The notes: generated by a model not told the origin, from the sequence alone. A stretch of 64,000 bases of DNA from Candidatus Binatia bacterium (GCA_963664015.2 CAXXLF010000002.1:2080001-2144000); one strand, 5' to 3'; numbered from the stretch's first letter, positions 38,353-49,280 are shown. A program made the numbers and translations.

Positions 38353-39903
38353 TCAAGAGGCTTGGTGGGCATCTTCCAGGAGATCAAAGACGGTCTTTAC
38401 CGGGTTGAAGGTGGCAAGGGGGACTTCAACAAAGACGGTATTCCAGTTGGACATTGCACCGTTCCACAGACCGGGGAGTTCCAATGCCTTCAGCTGTTTC
38501 CCATCCATCGACTTGACGGAGATAAAGCATGCACTGGGATCACTAAAGCGTTTTAAGTCAAAGGGGTTGCCGAGAAAGTCTTTGACTCCGCAGACGATAT
38601 CGACGGGGTTGAAGTGGGTTGAGGATTCCCAGATGGCTCGCTGCTCTTCCGATTGCAAGTTGACCTGCGAGGACTCGACGATCTGAGGGGTTGCGGTTTT
38701 ATTGTCCTGCCCCACCCAGAAAGGTCCGCCCCCAAGCTCACCTGTAGACGGCACCATGCCGCAAACCCTCAAGGGTCTGTTTAGTTTATCAAAGAGAAAG
38801 CTAACCTTTTCCTTCCCGGAGCCTTTCCGGAGCAGATCAGGGGGAACAACCGAAAATTTGCGCCTGACGAATTCAAATATCTCCTCCAGGACTTGTTCGG
38901 TAATTTGTTTTTTGGAAAGCTCCCTGAGATATCCAAATATTTGGTTCTGTAGTTCTATCAAGAGACCCCCCAGGGCCTTCTTGTAGGTGTACGTGTCTCC
39001 TTTCAATCGGTCCGGTGCGATGTTGTCGATATTTTTTATAAAGACGATATCGCCGTCCAGCTCGCCTAGGTTTTTCAGCAGGGCGCCATGTCCTCCAGGC
39101 CGAAAGAGGAGACTTTTCATTGAATCGCGATATGGGTGACCTTCCAGATCCACTGCCAGGGTATCGGTGGAAGGTTTTTGCACGGAGAGGGTAATCTCAA
39201 ATTTAGTCCCCGACTCCTCGTAACGACTCCCGACTTCCTCAAGGTGCTCATCTATGGCTTCTCGGTGTTCAAGAGAAATCGTAAAATGGATACGAGCCAG
39301 CCCATTTTTGTCCCGTGCGTAAGCCGCAGACTCGGCTAAATGCTCTTCGAAGGCAGTGCGGCAGTGATCTTTGTATGCGTGAAACTTAATAAGGCCCTTT
39401 GGTAGGTTGCCATAGTTGAGTCCCTTGTCCGTTAGTAGATATTGGAGAACCTCGCCGTACTGACCTTTTGCGATCAGGGTCGTGATACCCCGTCCGTCCT
39501 TCGCAATGGTCGAGGTCAAATCGTCATAAAAGGCGAACTTTCTAATACTGCTAAAGAACCGTGCAATATCCCTCTGCTCCGCTTCGTCAAGGCTTGAATT
39601 CAGGTCGGATTGGTCCTTGACCGAGAGCAGGAGCTGAAACATGCGGCTGGCAGCCCCGGAGGCCGGAACAAACTTCATAACCCGGCCAGATGATGTTTCC
39701 TGGGAAAAAAGTTCCGCTAGTTGCTTCAGATCGGCCTTATCATTTTCAAGGACCGTGATCCCGTTACCTGCAGTACAGGGTCGTAGCAAATGGGCATAGG
39801 AAAATCCTTTCCCCAGTGTCTCTATTTGCGATACTGCCTGTTCAATAGTGATCCCCCTGGCTTGGATCTGATCGATATCTTGTTTATTGAAAAGATCTGA
39901 CAT
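38353..39903 (-). CDS. DUF4301 family protein
   Basis: KFVPASGAASRMF, LPKGL, FRPGGHGALL.NL, FIKNIDN, GGGPFW, THFNPVD, LELPGLWNGAM, FNPVKT. Confidence 0.9.
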   Translation of the reverse strand: MSDLFNKQDIDQIQARGITIEQAVSQIETLGKGFSYAHLLRPCTAGNGITVLENDKADLKQLAELFSQETSSGRVMKFVPASGAASRMFQLLLSVKDQSDLNSSLDEAEQRDIARFFSSIRKFAFYDDLTSTIAKDGRGITTLIAKGQYGEVLQYLLTDKGLNYGNLPKGLIKFHAYKDHCRTAFEEHLAESAAYARDKNGLARIHFTISLEHREAIDEHLEEVGSRYEESGTKFEITLSVQKPSTDTLAVDLEGHPYRDSMKSLLFRPGGHGALLKNLGELDGDIVFIKNIDNIAPDRLKGDTYTYKKALGGLLIELQNQIFGYLRELSKKQITEQVLEEIFEFVRRKFSVVPPDLLRKGSGKEKVSFLFDKLNRPLRVCGMVPSTGELGGGPFWVGQDNKTATPQIVESSQVNLQSEEQRAIWESSTHFNPVDIVCGVKDFLGNPFDLKRFSDPSACFISVKSMDGKQLKALELPGLWNGAMSNWNTVFVEVPLATFNPVKTVFDLLEDAHQAS

Positions 39904-40275
39904 CTAAGGATCGTGTCTTTAATTAATATGAAAGCTTGGCGCCCGTGCGCAAGGCGCCGAGAGAGAAAAGCTATTAAGTATTTAAGAAATCTGAGAAATG
40001 TTTCAACGTCTCTACGAGGGTCTTGCCTCCAAACACCTCTTAAAACTATCACAAAAAGACCGAGGAAGTGAAATATCTCACTGTAAGTCTGAGCTTTTGG
40101 GTCTATGTTGAAAAAACTTGATTGCCATGACAATTGCCAGGTTATCAGGGCAAGTGCTAAATCTTCACCCTAACTAAACAGGGCGGTATCATCCATAGGG
40201 TTTGATCAGTCGCCTGGTGATTGATATAGATGATAGCGATTATTTAGCCAATATAAATATAGATTAAGAAAAACA

Positions 40276-41756
40276 ATGAGGCAGCACCTTTCGTTTAATG
40301 TTCTGATACCTACAATTCTAGTTGCTGCCGTAGCTGTCCTGCCTCTCTACGCCCAGGAAGCTTTTAGGGCCTGACTCTCGCCTTCTTGAGCTGGTGGAGG
40401 TGTACGAACGGGAAGGTGAAGAAGCGGCCCGAACTCTCGCCCGGGCATGGCAGCTTAAGGTCAAGCCCGGAGGCCTTATCCCGGTGATTATCGAGCTCTA
40501 TTTCGGATTGGACCCGAAGAGCATCGACAAGGCGACCCTTGAACAACTCGGAGGCACTATCGACGCGGTCTTGCGGAGCTACCTCCGGGTCCTCGTGCCG
40601 TTCCGTTCCCTCAGGCGCATCGCGACCCATACTGACATCCGTATGGTCCGAGCTCCGACGCCCGCGAAGGTCCTCGGGGGCCTGGGCTCTAACTTGTCCG
40701 AGAGCGTCGACCTCACCGGCGCCGCCGATCTCTAGGCCGCGGGGATCACCGGCCAAGGGGTCAAGGTGGCGGTAGTTGACCTCGGCTTCATCGGGTTAAG
40801 TGAGGCCATTGCCCAAGGCGAGCTGCCCCAGAACACAGTCGTGGTAGAGCTGCCAGGGAGTAACGACGACAATATCGAGTCTAATACAGAACACGGCGTG
40901 GGTGTGGCCGAGCACGTGATGGACATGGCTCCGGGTGCGACCCTTTACTGCATCATGGTCGGGGACGAGTTGGACCTCGAGAACGCAGCCGACTTCATCC
41001 GGGACAACGGTATCCAGGCCGCCAACCACTCCGTCGGTTGGGTAAACCCGAGCTGCTATGACAACACCGGGCCCATACGTTCGATTATCAACCGATCTCG
41101 GGATGACGACGAGGTCTTCTGGAGTGTCGCCGCTGGCAACGACGCTGAGAGACACTGGCGGGGAGACTGGTTAGACCCCGACGGAGACAACATCCTCAAC
41201 TTCACATCGAACGATGAAAGAATGGACCTCACGAGTCCAAGCAGCATCGCGTACGTCTTTCTCAACTGGGACCAGTACGGCAACTCGGTGACGGACCTCG
41301 ACCTCTACGTCCGGGACAGGCGGGGCCGAATCGTCGCCGGTAGCGAAGGGTGGCAGACGGGTCTTGAGGCCCCAGCCGAGGCGGTGGGGTTCATCTACAG
41401 CTCCCGACGGGCCCCCATACTGGATCGAGGTCCAGCTCTACGCCGGTGAGACGGGCGGGCTCAACATGACCATCTTCAGTTTCTACAACGACCTCGAGTA
41501 TGCGGTGGCTGCGGCGAGCCTCATGGAGCCTCCCGACGCCCACGGTGCCTATAGTGTTGGGGCCATCGACCAGGCCGACTGGATGCAGTCTACCCCTCTG
41601 CCGGAGCCGTACTCGAGCCAGGGTCCCACGACCGACGGACGCCCTAAGCCCGACATCGTGGCTCCCGACGGGACCGTGACGGCCTCTATTAACGCGGGCG
41701 TGGCCATCGATGCCGCGGGTAACGGCAACGCCGGCTTTGTTCCCGATGCGTTCTAG
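40276..41756 (+). pseudogene. Secreted S8 (subtilase) peptidase, disrupted and truncated
   Basis: Signal peptide; VAVVDLGF (Asp), HGVGVAE (His), AAGN, YSSQGPT.DGR.KPD; TAG at 40733, frameshifts near 40380 and 41415; catalytic GTS missing. Confidence 0.85.
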
Positions 41757-42069
41757 CCGGGCCAAAGCGTCTTCGAAAACGTTGTATTGAATCATGATTT
41801 GCCCTCCTGATTTCCCGATCTAGTGACGTGGTTCCTTGCCAGTACACATAGCAAGAATTCTGGTTGAGGTTTATTCCCCCTGAGGGTGCAGTGGTAGGAT
41901 CCCGGGATCGGCACAGGGGGCTGAAATTGAAGAGTCCAGCCGGTAATGACTTGAAATCTCCGGGATTAAGAGAGCTTTTTGACTCAAAAAGTCAAATCCT
42001 AGGTAAAACCCATTCTTCAAGGCGACGTAGGATAAAAAGTTAAGTGAATGAAAATCCGAAAAAGAGGGA

Positions 42070-42146
42070 TGGTCGGGGCGACTGGATTTGAACCAGCGAC
42101 TTCACGGTCCCGAACCGTGCGCTCTACCAAGCTGAGCCACGCCCCG
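42070..42146 (-). tRNA. tRNA-Pro(CGG)
   Basis: Reverse complement CGGGGCGTGGCTCAGCTTGGTAGAGCGCACGGTTCGGGACCGTGAAGTCGCTGGTTCAAATCCAGTCGCCCCGACCA; cloverleaf, encoded CCA. Confidence 0.97.
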
Positions 42147-42256
42147 AACTTCGTTAATCGTTATTCGTCAATGGTCAATCGGTGATGACTGCTGTCCATA
42201 AAGGCAGCAAACTTACCTAGCGTAACTTAACATATCCAATGGTAAAACCATAGGGG

Positions 42257-42922
42257 TCAAAGGGCTTGAACGGCCTTCCTCATCCGGGCCACGGTTTCAG
42301 TGTAGTCCGGGGTCTTGAAGATACCCGAACCTGACACGATCACCTGGGCCCCGGCCTGTACCACGCGGCCGATATTATCGGTTTTAATGCCGCCGTCGAC
42401 TTCGATGAGGATCGGAAGTCCCCTTTGGGCCACTAGATTCTTTGCCTCTGCTATCTTGGGAACAACCTCCTCCATGAAGGCTTGGCCGCCGAAGCCCGGG
42501 AACACGGTCATAATGAGCAACATATCGATGTCGTTGAAGAGTGTCATAACCCGATCCAGGGGAACGTCCGGATTGACGGCGATGGAGGCCTTAGCCCCAA
42601 GCTCGCGAATCTTGGCCAGGCCCGCCTTGGGGTCGCGGCTGGTTTCGGGGTGAATGGAGATCCAGTCGGCTCCCGCCTTGATGAACTCGGGTGCGTACTG
42701 GTCCGGGTCGGTGATCATGAGATGAACGTCCAGGGGAAGCTGGGTCACTTTTCGAATCCATTCCACGACCACGGGTCCCATAGTGATATTGGGAACGAAA
42801 TGACCGTCCATAATGTCAAGGTGAAGCCAGTCTGCACCCGCCTCCTCCACCGCCGCGATCTCGTCCTTAAGGCGAGTGAAGTCAGCGGAAAGTATCGAGG
42901 GAGCAATCTTTGTTGAAACCAT
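42257..42922 (-). CDS. rpe: Ribulose-phosphate 3-epimerase
   Basis: IAPSILSADF, HLDIMDGHFVPN, DVHLM, PGFGGQ, EVDGG. Confidence 0.97.
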   Translation of the reverse strand: MVSTKIAPSILSADFTRLKDEIAAVEEAGADWLHLDIMDGHFVPNITMGPVVVEWIRKVTQLPLDVHLMITDPDQYAPEFIKAGADWISIHPETSRDPKAGLAKIRELGAKASIAVNPDVPLDRVMTLFNDIDMLLIMTVFPGFGGQAFMEEVVPKIAEAKNLVAQRGLPILIEVDGGIKTDNIGRVVQAGAQVIVSGSGIFKTPDYTETVARMRKAVQAL

Positions 42923-42950
42923 CGGTGCAACCTTTCACTTTCAAGCAGAG

Positions 42951-43889
42951 TTAAAACCGTGCGCCCTTTTCAATCCTCGCTCCCCGTACGAATTCGGAGC
43001 TGGGGAGGCGTTTCCTGTTTTCCAACTGTACTTCTTGTAAATTGAGTACCCCGTCACCGGTATTGACCCAGAGCCCCTGATCATCGGCTCGGACGACCTC
43101 ACCAGGCGGGACCTGACTCTTTTCATTCATTACGGATGCTCGGTAGACCTTGAGGAGTTGTTTACGCCAATGGGTATAGGCCGAGGGCCAGGGGGAGAAG
43201 GCACGGACGAGACGTTCGATCACCCTGGCGGGTTGGGTCCAGTCGATCTCACCGTCTTCTTTCTTGAGCATGGCGGCATAGGTTGCCTCTTCTTTCCGTT
43301 GAGGGATGTCTTTAATGGACCCTTCCTTGAGTCCTCGGATGGTTTGCAGTAACAACTGAGCCCCAATGGGAGACAGTTTAGCTTCCAGGGATGCCGATGT
43401 CTCTTCTGGAGCGATAGGGACCTCTTCTTGTAATAGGATCGGTCCCGCGTCCATCTGCTCGACCAGCCTCATAGTGGTCACGCCACTCGTCTCATCGCCA
43501 TTGACCAAGGCCCAGGTCATAGGAGCAGCCCCCCGGTATCGGGGTAGGAGCGAGTAGTGGACATTCATACAACCCTGGGGCGCCAGATCCAGGACCGAAC
43601 GGGGCAGGATGCGTCCAAAGGCGACCACAACAATCAAATCCGGTGCCCAGGCGCTGAGGTGACCCAGAAATTCGTCGCTTCGAATCTTTTCCGGAGTGAT
43701 GACCGGTATTTTATGTGCCTCGGCCACAAGGCGTACCGGCGATGGGATCGTCTTCTGGCCTCTGCCAGCGGGACGATCCGGTCTGGTCACGACTCCGACC
43801 ACAGGATCCGGCCCCTCCATCAGACGCTCAATGGTATCGGCGGCACAGCGGGGCGTGCCCATATAAACGACGGTCCAGGGGCGAGACAT
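42951..43889 (-). CDS. fmt: Methionyl-tRNA formyltransferase
   Basis: MGTP, PDRPAGRG, NVHYSLLPRYRGAAP, MDAG. Confidence 0.96.
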   Translation of the reverse strand: MSRPWTVVYMGTPRCAADTIERLMEGPDPVVGVVTRPDRPAGRGQKTIPSPVRLVAEAHKIPVITPEKIRSDEFLGHLSAWAPDLIVVVAFGRILPRSVLDLAPQGCMNVHYSLLPRYRGAAPMTWALVNGDETSGVTTMRLVEQMDAGPILLQEEVPIAPEETSASLEAKLSPIGAQLLLQTIRGLKEGSIKDIPQRKEEATYAAMLKKEDGEIDWTQPARVIERLVRAFSPWPSAYTHWRKQLLKVYRASVMNEKSQVPPGEVVRADDQGLWVNTGDGVLNLQEVQLENRKRLPSSEFVRGARIEKGARF

Positions 43890-43968
43890 GAGTGCACCTA
43901 CTTTAAACTAGAGATAGAGAAAAGTCTAAGATCGAAAAAATCTTTGGGGGGGGGCAGGGAAGGGTTGG

Positions 43969-44508
43969 TTAGAGCATCACCGGGCGGTTTTCATCCGGGG
44001 GCTTGCCGTCGCGCAGCATCTTTTTCAGCCTTCGAGTATAAAGCTCACGTTTCAAGCGGCTGATATAATCAATAAAGAGTTTTCCATCCAGGTGGTCGAT
44101 CTCATGCTGGAGGGCCACGGCCAGAAGGCCTTCGGCGTCAATTTTGATATCTTTTCCCTTCTCGTTCAGGCCTACCACCTGAACCGAAGCGGCCCTGCTC
44201 ACCTCTGCCGTATATTCAAACACGCTCAGGCAGCCCTCTTCCCAGACCACTTGACCCTCGGCACTCCGAATTTCCGGGTTGATCAGCTTGATCAGGCTTT
44301 TTCCAGGGTTTTCGTAGTCTGTGTCCAAGACGATGATACGCTGCAGTTGGCCTACCTGTGGGGCAGCCAGGCCCACACCGGGGGCCGCGTACATGGTCTC
44401 TACCATGTCCTCGACCAGACGAACCGTATCATCCGTCACCCGGGCTACCGGCTGGGAGATTTCCCTCAGGGTCGGGTCAGGATATAAGAGAACCTCCAGA
44501 ACAGCCAT
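43969..44508 (-). CDS. def: Peptide deformylase
   Basis: GVGLAAPQVG, EGCLS, QHEIDHL. Confidence 0.97.
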   Translation of the reverse strand: MAVLEVLLYPDPTLREISQPVARVTDDTVRLVEDMVETMYAAPGVGLAAPQVGQLQRIIVLDTDYENPGKSLIKLINPEIRSAEGQVVWEEGCLSVFEYTAEVSRAASVQVVGLNEKGKDIKIDAEGLLAVALQHEIDHLDGKLFIDYISRLKRELYTRRLKKMLRDGKPPDENRPVML

Positions 44509-44519
44509 CTTCCAAAGAT

Positions 44520-46781
44520 TTATAACATGTTGTAAGGATCTACATCAATGTGGAGTCGGACATTGCCTTGGGGGCAGAGTCCCTGGGCCGCCTTGGCCAA
44601 ATCTAAAAGGGGAGGGCCCTTTTTCCCTTTAAGGAGAATCTGCCAGCGGTAGCGATTGCGCAGCTTTTCGATCGGGGCCGGGGCCGGGCCTAGAATCTCG
44701 ATCTGTTCGGCCCCCTTATCCCTATTCGTAATATATCGCCTGAGGCTGGCACCCATCGACCTGGCCTTTTGTTCCACATCTTTGGCTTTGAGCCCATCAA
44801 GGCGAAGCTGGACCAGCCGGCCGAACGGGGGGTAGCCCAGGTCTCGGCGGAATTCAATCTCCGAAGCAAAAAAACTTTCATAGTCATGGGTTGCAGCAAA
44901 TTGGAACGAGTAATGATCCGGCAGATAGGTCTGGACTATGACTCTCCCCGGATTGGCGCCCCTGCCGGCCCGGCCTGCAACCTGGAGGAGGATTTGAAAG
45001 GTCCGCTCGGCGGCTCGGAAGTCCGGTAAATTCAACGATAGATCCGCAGAAATCACGCCTACAAGCGTGACTCCGGCCACGTCATGACCTTTGGCGATCA
45101 TTTGGGTCCCAACCAGGATCTCGATTTCGCCTTTTTCCCATTGCCGGAACAGGCGTTCGTGGGCCCCCCGCTTGCTTGTGGTGTCGCGATCCATACGGCC
45201 GATCTTGGCTTCGGGGATAAAGCGCAAGAGCTCTTCTTCCAATTTCTCCGTCCCAAAGCCCACCCCCGCAAGAGTTGAATTGTCACAGGAGGGGCAAAGG
45301 TCGCTGAATGGCTTCCGGAAGCCGCAATGATGGCAAAAGACGCTTTGCTCGTTTCGGTGATAGGTAAGACTGATACTGCATTGGGGGCAGCGCAACACAA
45401 AGCCGCATAGCTTGCACTGGAGAAAATTGGCGAAGCCTCGGCGGTTAAGGAAGATCAGGCTTTGGTGTCCAAGCTTGTGATTCTCCTGTAGCGCTTTGAT
45501 GAGCTGCCGTGAGAAAAAGATCCCCCCCCCAGACGAGCCTGCGGGGGCTGCCGGTTGCTCCATCAAGTCCTGCCTGAGGTCCACGATCTCTACATGAGGA
45601 AGTGATTGCTCCTCGACTCTGGATCTCAGATCCAGCCGTTGGTATCGCTTGAGCTGGCAATTGTGGTAACTCTCTATTGAAGGTGTGGCAGAGCCCAGGA
45701 GAACTGGACAACTCAGCAACTTTCCCCGCACGACGGCTAGATCCCTGGCGTTGTAACGGAGCCCCTCTTCCTGTTTATACGAAGTGTCATGCTCTTCGTC
45801 TACAATGATCAAGCCCAGGTCCGGGATGGGGGCAAAGATCGCCGAACGTGCTCCCAATACCACATTCACTTCACCCCGGGCGATGCGCCACCACTGGGTA
45901 TAACGCTCGGCAGATGTAAGGGCGCTGTGCAGCATGCCCACCTGGCCCGGAAATCGGTTCAAGAGGCGGTCCTTTAGCTGGGGGGTTAAGGAAATCTCGG
46001 GGACGAGGATCAGGCTGCGCTTGTTCTGTTTGCTGACCCGCTCGATGGCCCGCAGGTATACTTCCGTTTTACCGCTTCCAGTAACGCCGTAGAGGAGAAA
46101 GGTTGCAAAGCCCCCCATGGCCAGGCTTTCTTCCATCGACTGGAGGGCCGCGCCTTGATCCGCAGTGAGTTTCAGTTGCTTACGGCCAGGGACCGTCTCT
46201 TCCGCCTCCGCTGCCGGTTCTTTCCTTCCGGCCCGTCGGCGATCCGTTTTGATCTTGTCCTCAATCTCGACCGCGCCAATAGAAACCAGCCGGCTCAGGG
46301 CCCGATTTATGCCCCTGCCTGACAATTGATTTCCAAGACTCTTTAGTAGAATCCTCTTGCGGCTTTGCAGCAGGGCGACGATCTCCCTTTCTAGTTTCCC
46401 TTTTAGGGCAAAGGACCCGTCGCGGGCCGTTACCATCCTCTGGCTTTCCAATCTCAGGGTTGGGGGGAGGACAGTCGCCAAGGCCTCACCCAAGGGGGAA
46501 ATATAATATTTGGAGATCCAACGGCAGAGTTCGAGGAGCGAGGCGTCCAAGATGGGGTGGTCATCCATCATATCCAGGATTTCACGAATTCTTGGCAGTG
46601 TTGAGTGTTGAGCAAAAGCGCTCACAACTCCCGTAACCTTGCGTGTTCCCAGGGGGACAAGAACGCGCATGCCAATCTGGAGGGATTCTTGGAAGCGTTC
46701 CGGGACCCGATAGATCAGAGGGGCCGGTACCCCTGAGGGTATAGCTACTTGAACAAACTCGGGTCGCGCATCGGCCATCAT
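44520..46781 (-). CDS. priA: Primosomal protein N'
   Basis: GVTGSGKT, DEEH, SATPS, four CxxC, GTQMIAKGHD, QVAGRAGR, IDVDP; start ATG 46781 or 46778. Confidence 0.97.
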   Translation of the reverse strand: MMADARPEFVQVAIPSGVPAPLIYRVPERFQESLQIGMRVLVPLGTRKVTGVVSAFAQHSTLPRIREILDMMDDHPILDASLLELCRWISKYYISPLGEALATVLPPTLRLESQRMVTARDGSFALKGKLEREIVALLQSRKRILLKSLGNQLSGRGINRALSRLVSIGAVEIEDKIKTDRRRAGRKEPAAEAEETVPGRKQLKLTADQGAALQSMEESLAMGGFATFLLYGVTGSGKTEVYLRAIERVSKQNKRSLILVPEISLTPQLKDRLLNRFPGQVGMLHSALTSAERYTQWWRIARGEVNVVLGARSAIFAPIPDLGLIIVDEEHDTSYKQEEGLRYNARDLAVVRGKLLSCPVLLGSATPSIESYHNCQLKRYQRLDLRSRVEEQSLPHVEIVDLRQDLMEQPAAPAGSSGGGIFFSRQLIKALQENHKLGHQSLIFLNRRGFANFLQCKLCGFVLRCPQCSISLTYHRNEQSVFCHHCGFRKPFSDLCPSCDNSTLAGVGFGTEKLEEELLRFIPEAKIGRMDRDTTSKRGAHERLFRQWEKGEIEILVGTQMIAKGHDVAGVTLVGVISADLSLNLPDFRAAERTFQILLQVAGRAGRGANPGRVIVQTYLPDHYSFQFAATHDYESFFASEIEFRRDLGYPPFGRLVQLRLDGLKAKDVEQKARSMGASLRRYITNRDKGAEQIEILGPAPAPIEKLRNRYRWQILLKGKKGPPLLDLAKAAQGLCPQGNVRLHIDVDPYNML

Positions 46782-46895
46782 TGCACTCTTATCCACTGAA
46801 AGACTGAAAAGCAATAAGAGACCCCGGTTGCTGTATAACGAATAGATCCTTGCGCCATACAAGAAAAACCGTAGGAATACGGGGCTTTTTACCAT

Positions 46896-46945
46896 GTATA
46901 ATTAAGTATAATTTCGATCAAATTTATTATTGACAATAATTGTTA
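46896..46945. promoter_or_regulatory. Divergent promoter region with candidate operator
   Basis: GTATAATT direct repeat, TTGACA, near-palindrome TGACAAT-A-ATTGTTA between priA and the HTH gene. Confidence 0.45.
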
Positions 46946-47002
46946 GCAGGGCGGATCATATGAAGTTGTAGGGGCGGACCTGGCAAATATTTAGGGTTTA
47001 AG

Positions 47003-47205
47003 ATGATTCGAACAAACAACCAGGTGAAAAGGATCGGAGAATCCAAGATGTTAAGTAAGACGGAGCTGGCGCGGTTGGCCGGGGTCTCTCCTCTGACTAT
47101 CGACCGGATTGAGAAGGGTAAGTGTTGCCGCTTGGAGACCCAGCGCAAAATTCTATTAGCTCTGGGCCTTAAGATTACTCAAAAAATAGGGTGTTTCAAC
47201 AGTAA
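47003..47205 (+). pseudogene. Small XRE-family HTH regulator, frameshifted into pilM
   Basis: LSKTELARLAGVSPLTIDRIEKG; restoring one base near 47185 gives ...RVFQQ* with TAA at 47203, just before the pilM ATG. Confidence 0.75.
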
Positions 47206-47206
47206 T

Positions 47207-47700
47207 ATGCCATTTAGCCTATCTAACCTAAATCCCTTTCGAAGAAGCGAAGGCTTTGTCGCCCTCGACATCGGATCGAGCTCGATCAAGATGGTCGAGG
47301 CTATCTCCGAGCGGAACGGCTATCGTTTGATTAGTCTGGGGATGCTGCCGTTACCGTCCACTGTCATCCAGAACAACCTGGTTATGGAGAAAGACGTGGT
47401 TGCTGGAACCATTGAAAACCTCATCCAATCCAACGGCGTCAAATCAAAGAACGTCATTTGCTCAGTCCCGGGCAGGGGCGTGATCATCAAAAAGATCCAA
47501 ATGCCCGCCCAGAACGAGCAAGAACTCGAGGCAAACGTAGAATTCGAAGCGACGAACGTTATTCCGGAAGTACTGGAAAACGTAAATCTCGACTACCAGA
47601 TTCTGAACCTCTTGGGGGACGGAAGCCAGATGGAGATCCTTTTGGTGGCCGTAAATAAGTATATCGTTCAGAGGTACACGGAGGCCATTCAGGAAGCGGG
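47207..47700 (+). pseudogene. pilM: Type IV pilus assembly protein PilM, N-terminal half only
   Basis: VALDIGSSSIKMVE, VIIKKIQMP, VNLDYQIL, ILLVAV, AIQEAG then ends. Confidence 0.9.
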
Positions 47701-47860
47701 CACCCCCTTCATGAAGGATATCCCCATGCTGGGTTAGCTCTTCAAGAGGGTCCGATTGGCCCAGGACTATGAAGAACTTATGGTCTTTATCACACCTCGT
47801 ACAATCATGTCAGGAGCAGCGGATCTTCCCCAGGCGGAACAGCTCTGGCGTAAAGCATGA
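47693..47860 (+). pseudogene. pilQ: Secretin PilQ C-terminal remnant
   Basis: AGTPFMKDIPMLG*LFKR...EELMVFITPR matches the secretin C-terminal motif; probable TGG to TAG at 47735. Confidence 0.82.
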
Positions 47861-47923
47861 AGGCGACGGAGGGCGATCGGCCCATCGGGTCGTCAGCCGA
47901 CATTGACCTTTTTCTTCGCTAGC

Positions 47924-47959
47924 CACAAGGAGCCGGGGGAACCCCTCCGGCTCCTTGTG
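47924..47959. terminator. Strong hairpin (terminator or REP-like)
   Basis: Perfect 13-bp stem CACAAGGAGCCGG/CCGGCTCCTTGTG. Confidence 0.55.
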
Positions 47960-48079
47960 CGATTCCCCAATCACCCACTTCCATAGTCTTCGGTATGAAC
48001 CGGTGCCATAGCAGGGGCGCACCCCAGTGTCCCGCCCATGACCCTGGTCTCGGCTCCGAGATTCGGGTAATATGAGAGC

Positions 48080-49276
48080 ATGCTACGATACTTTACAGCG
48101 GGAGAGTCCCACGGACCCTGTTTGACCACCGTCATTGATGGTGTCCCAGCTGGGTTCCCTATTGATATTGATCAAATCAACCATGACCTATGGCGCCGCC
48201 AACAGGGTTACGGGCGAGGTGGCCGGATGCTGATCGAAAAAGATGAAATCCAGGTCCGTTCAGGTATCCGCTGGGGTAAGACGCTGGGTTCGCCGGTGGC
48301 ATTTGGGATCGAAAACCGGGACTGGAAAAACTGGACCAAGAAAATGTCTTCAGCCCCAGAGGACTACGATGAGAGCATTGCGGTGACCAAACCGAGGCCC
48401 GGCCATGCGGACTTGACCGGTGTGTTGAAATACGATCACCACGACATCCGTAACGTCTTGGAGCGGGCCAGTGCCCGGGATACGGTTTCCCGTACCGCGG
48501 TGGGCTCTTTTTGCAAACAGCTATTGGCCCCCTTTGGGATCAAGATTATGGGCACGGTGCATTCCCTAGGGGGAATCGTTGCGGGCACCGAATCCATGAG
48601 TTGCGAAGAGGTCTACCTACAGGCCGAGAACTCTCCAGTCCGAGTCGCCGATAAAGAGGCGGAACAGAAGATGATCGCTCTGATCGAGGACTGCAAGAAG
48701 AGGGGAGACACCTTGGGTGGGGTCTTCCAGGTGGTGACCCTTGGACTCCCTCCGGGGCTCGGTTCCCATACCCAATGGGATCTTAAGCTCGACGGCCGTT
48801 TGGCGCAGGCTCTTATGAGTATTCAGGCTATCAAGGGGGTTGAAGTCGGCCTGGGATTCGAGGCGGCAATGCGCAGGGGGGCCCAGGTCCACGATGAAAT
48901 TTTCTACGACCCCCGGTACGAAGGGTCCGACACGTCACCGAAGATGGGGCAGACCGGGTTCTATCGTGGTAGCAATAATTCCGGTGGGACCGAAGGGGGG
49001 ATGTCCAATGGTACCCCCCTGGTGGTCCGGGCGGCGATGAAGCCGATCTCAACGCTCATGAGTCCCCTTCAATCGGTGGATTTGCGGACAAAACAACCCG
49101 TGGATGCTTCGGTGGAGCGGTCGGACGTGTGTGCCTTGCCGGCGGCAGCAGTTGTTGGTGAATCGGTGGTCGCATTCGAGTTAGCGTTGGCCTTCCTGGA
49201 AAAATTCGGTGGGGATTCCTTGGGGGAAATCCAGCGAAATTACCAGTCCTATTTAGGGCAAATAAAGAGTAACTAA
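48080..49276 (+). CDS. aroC: Chorismate synthase
   Basis: TAGESHG, RRQQGYGRG.RM, RPGHAD, ERASAR, MKPISTL, ERSDVC. Confidence 0.97.
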   Translation: MLRYFTAGESHGPCLTTVIDGVPAGFPIDIDQINHDLWRRQQGYGRGGRMLIEKDEIQVRSGIRWGKTLGSPVAFGIENRDWKNWTKKMSSAPEDYDESIAVTKPRPGHADLTGVLKYDHHDIRNVLERASARDTVSRTAVGSFCKQLLAPFGIKIMGTVHSLGGIVAGTESMSCEEVYLQAENSPVRVADKEAEQKMIALIEDCKKRGDTLGGVFQVVTLGLPPGLGSHTQWDLKLDGRLAQALMSIQAIKGVEVGLGFEAAMRRGAQVHDEIFYDPRYEGSDTSPKMGQTGFYRGSNNSGGTEGGMSNGTPLVVRAAMKPISTLMSPLQSVDLRTKQPVDASVERSDVCALPAAAVVGESVVAFELALAFLEKFGGDSLGEIQRNYQSYLGQIKSN

Positions 49277-49280
49277 ACCG

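Noticed and set aside
39900-42146. att-site duplication of the tRNA-Pro 3' end
   Set aside because: No second copy of the tRNA 3' sequence found by eye and no integrase nearby
47003-47737. Novel HTH-PilM fusion protein (244-aa ORF)
   Set aside because: Explained by a one-base loss that bypasses the HTH stop plus the pilM/pilQ deletion
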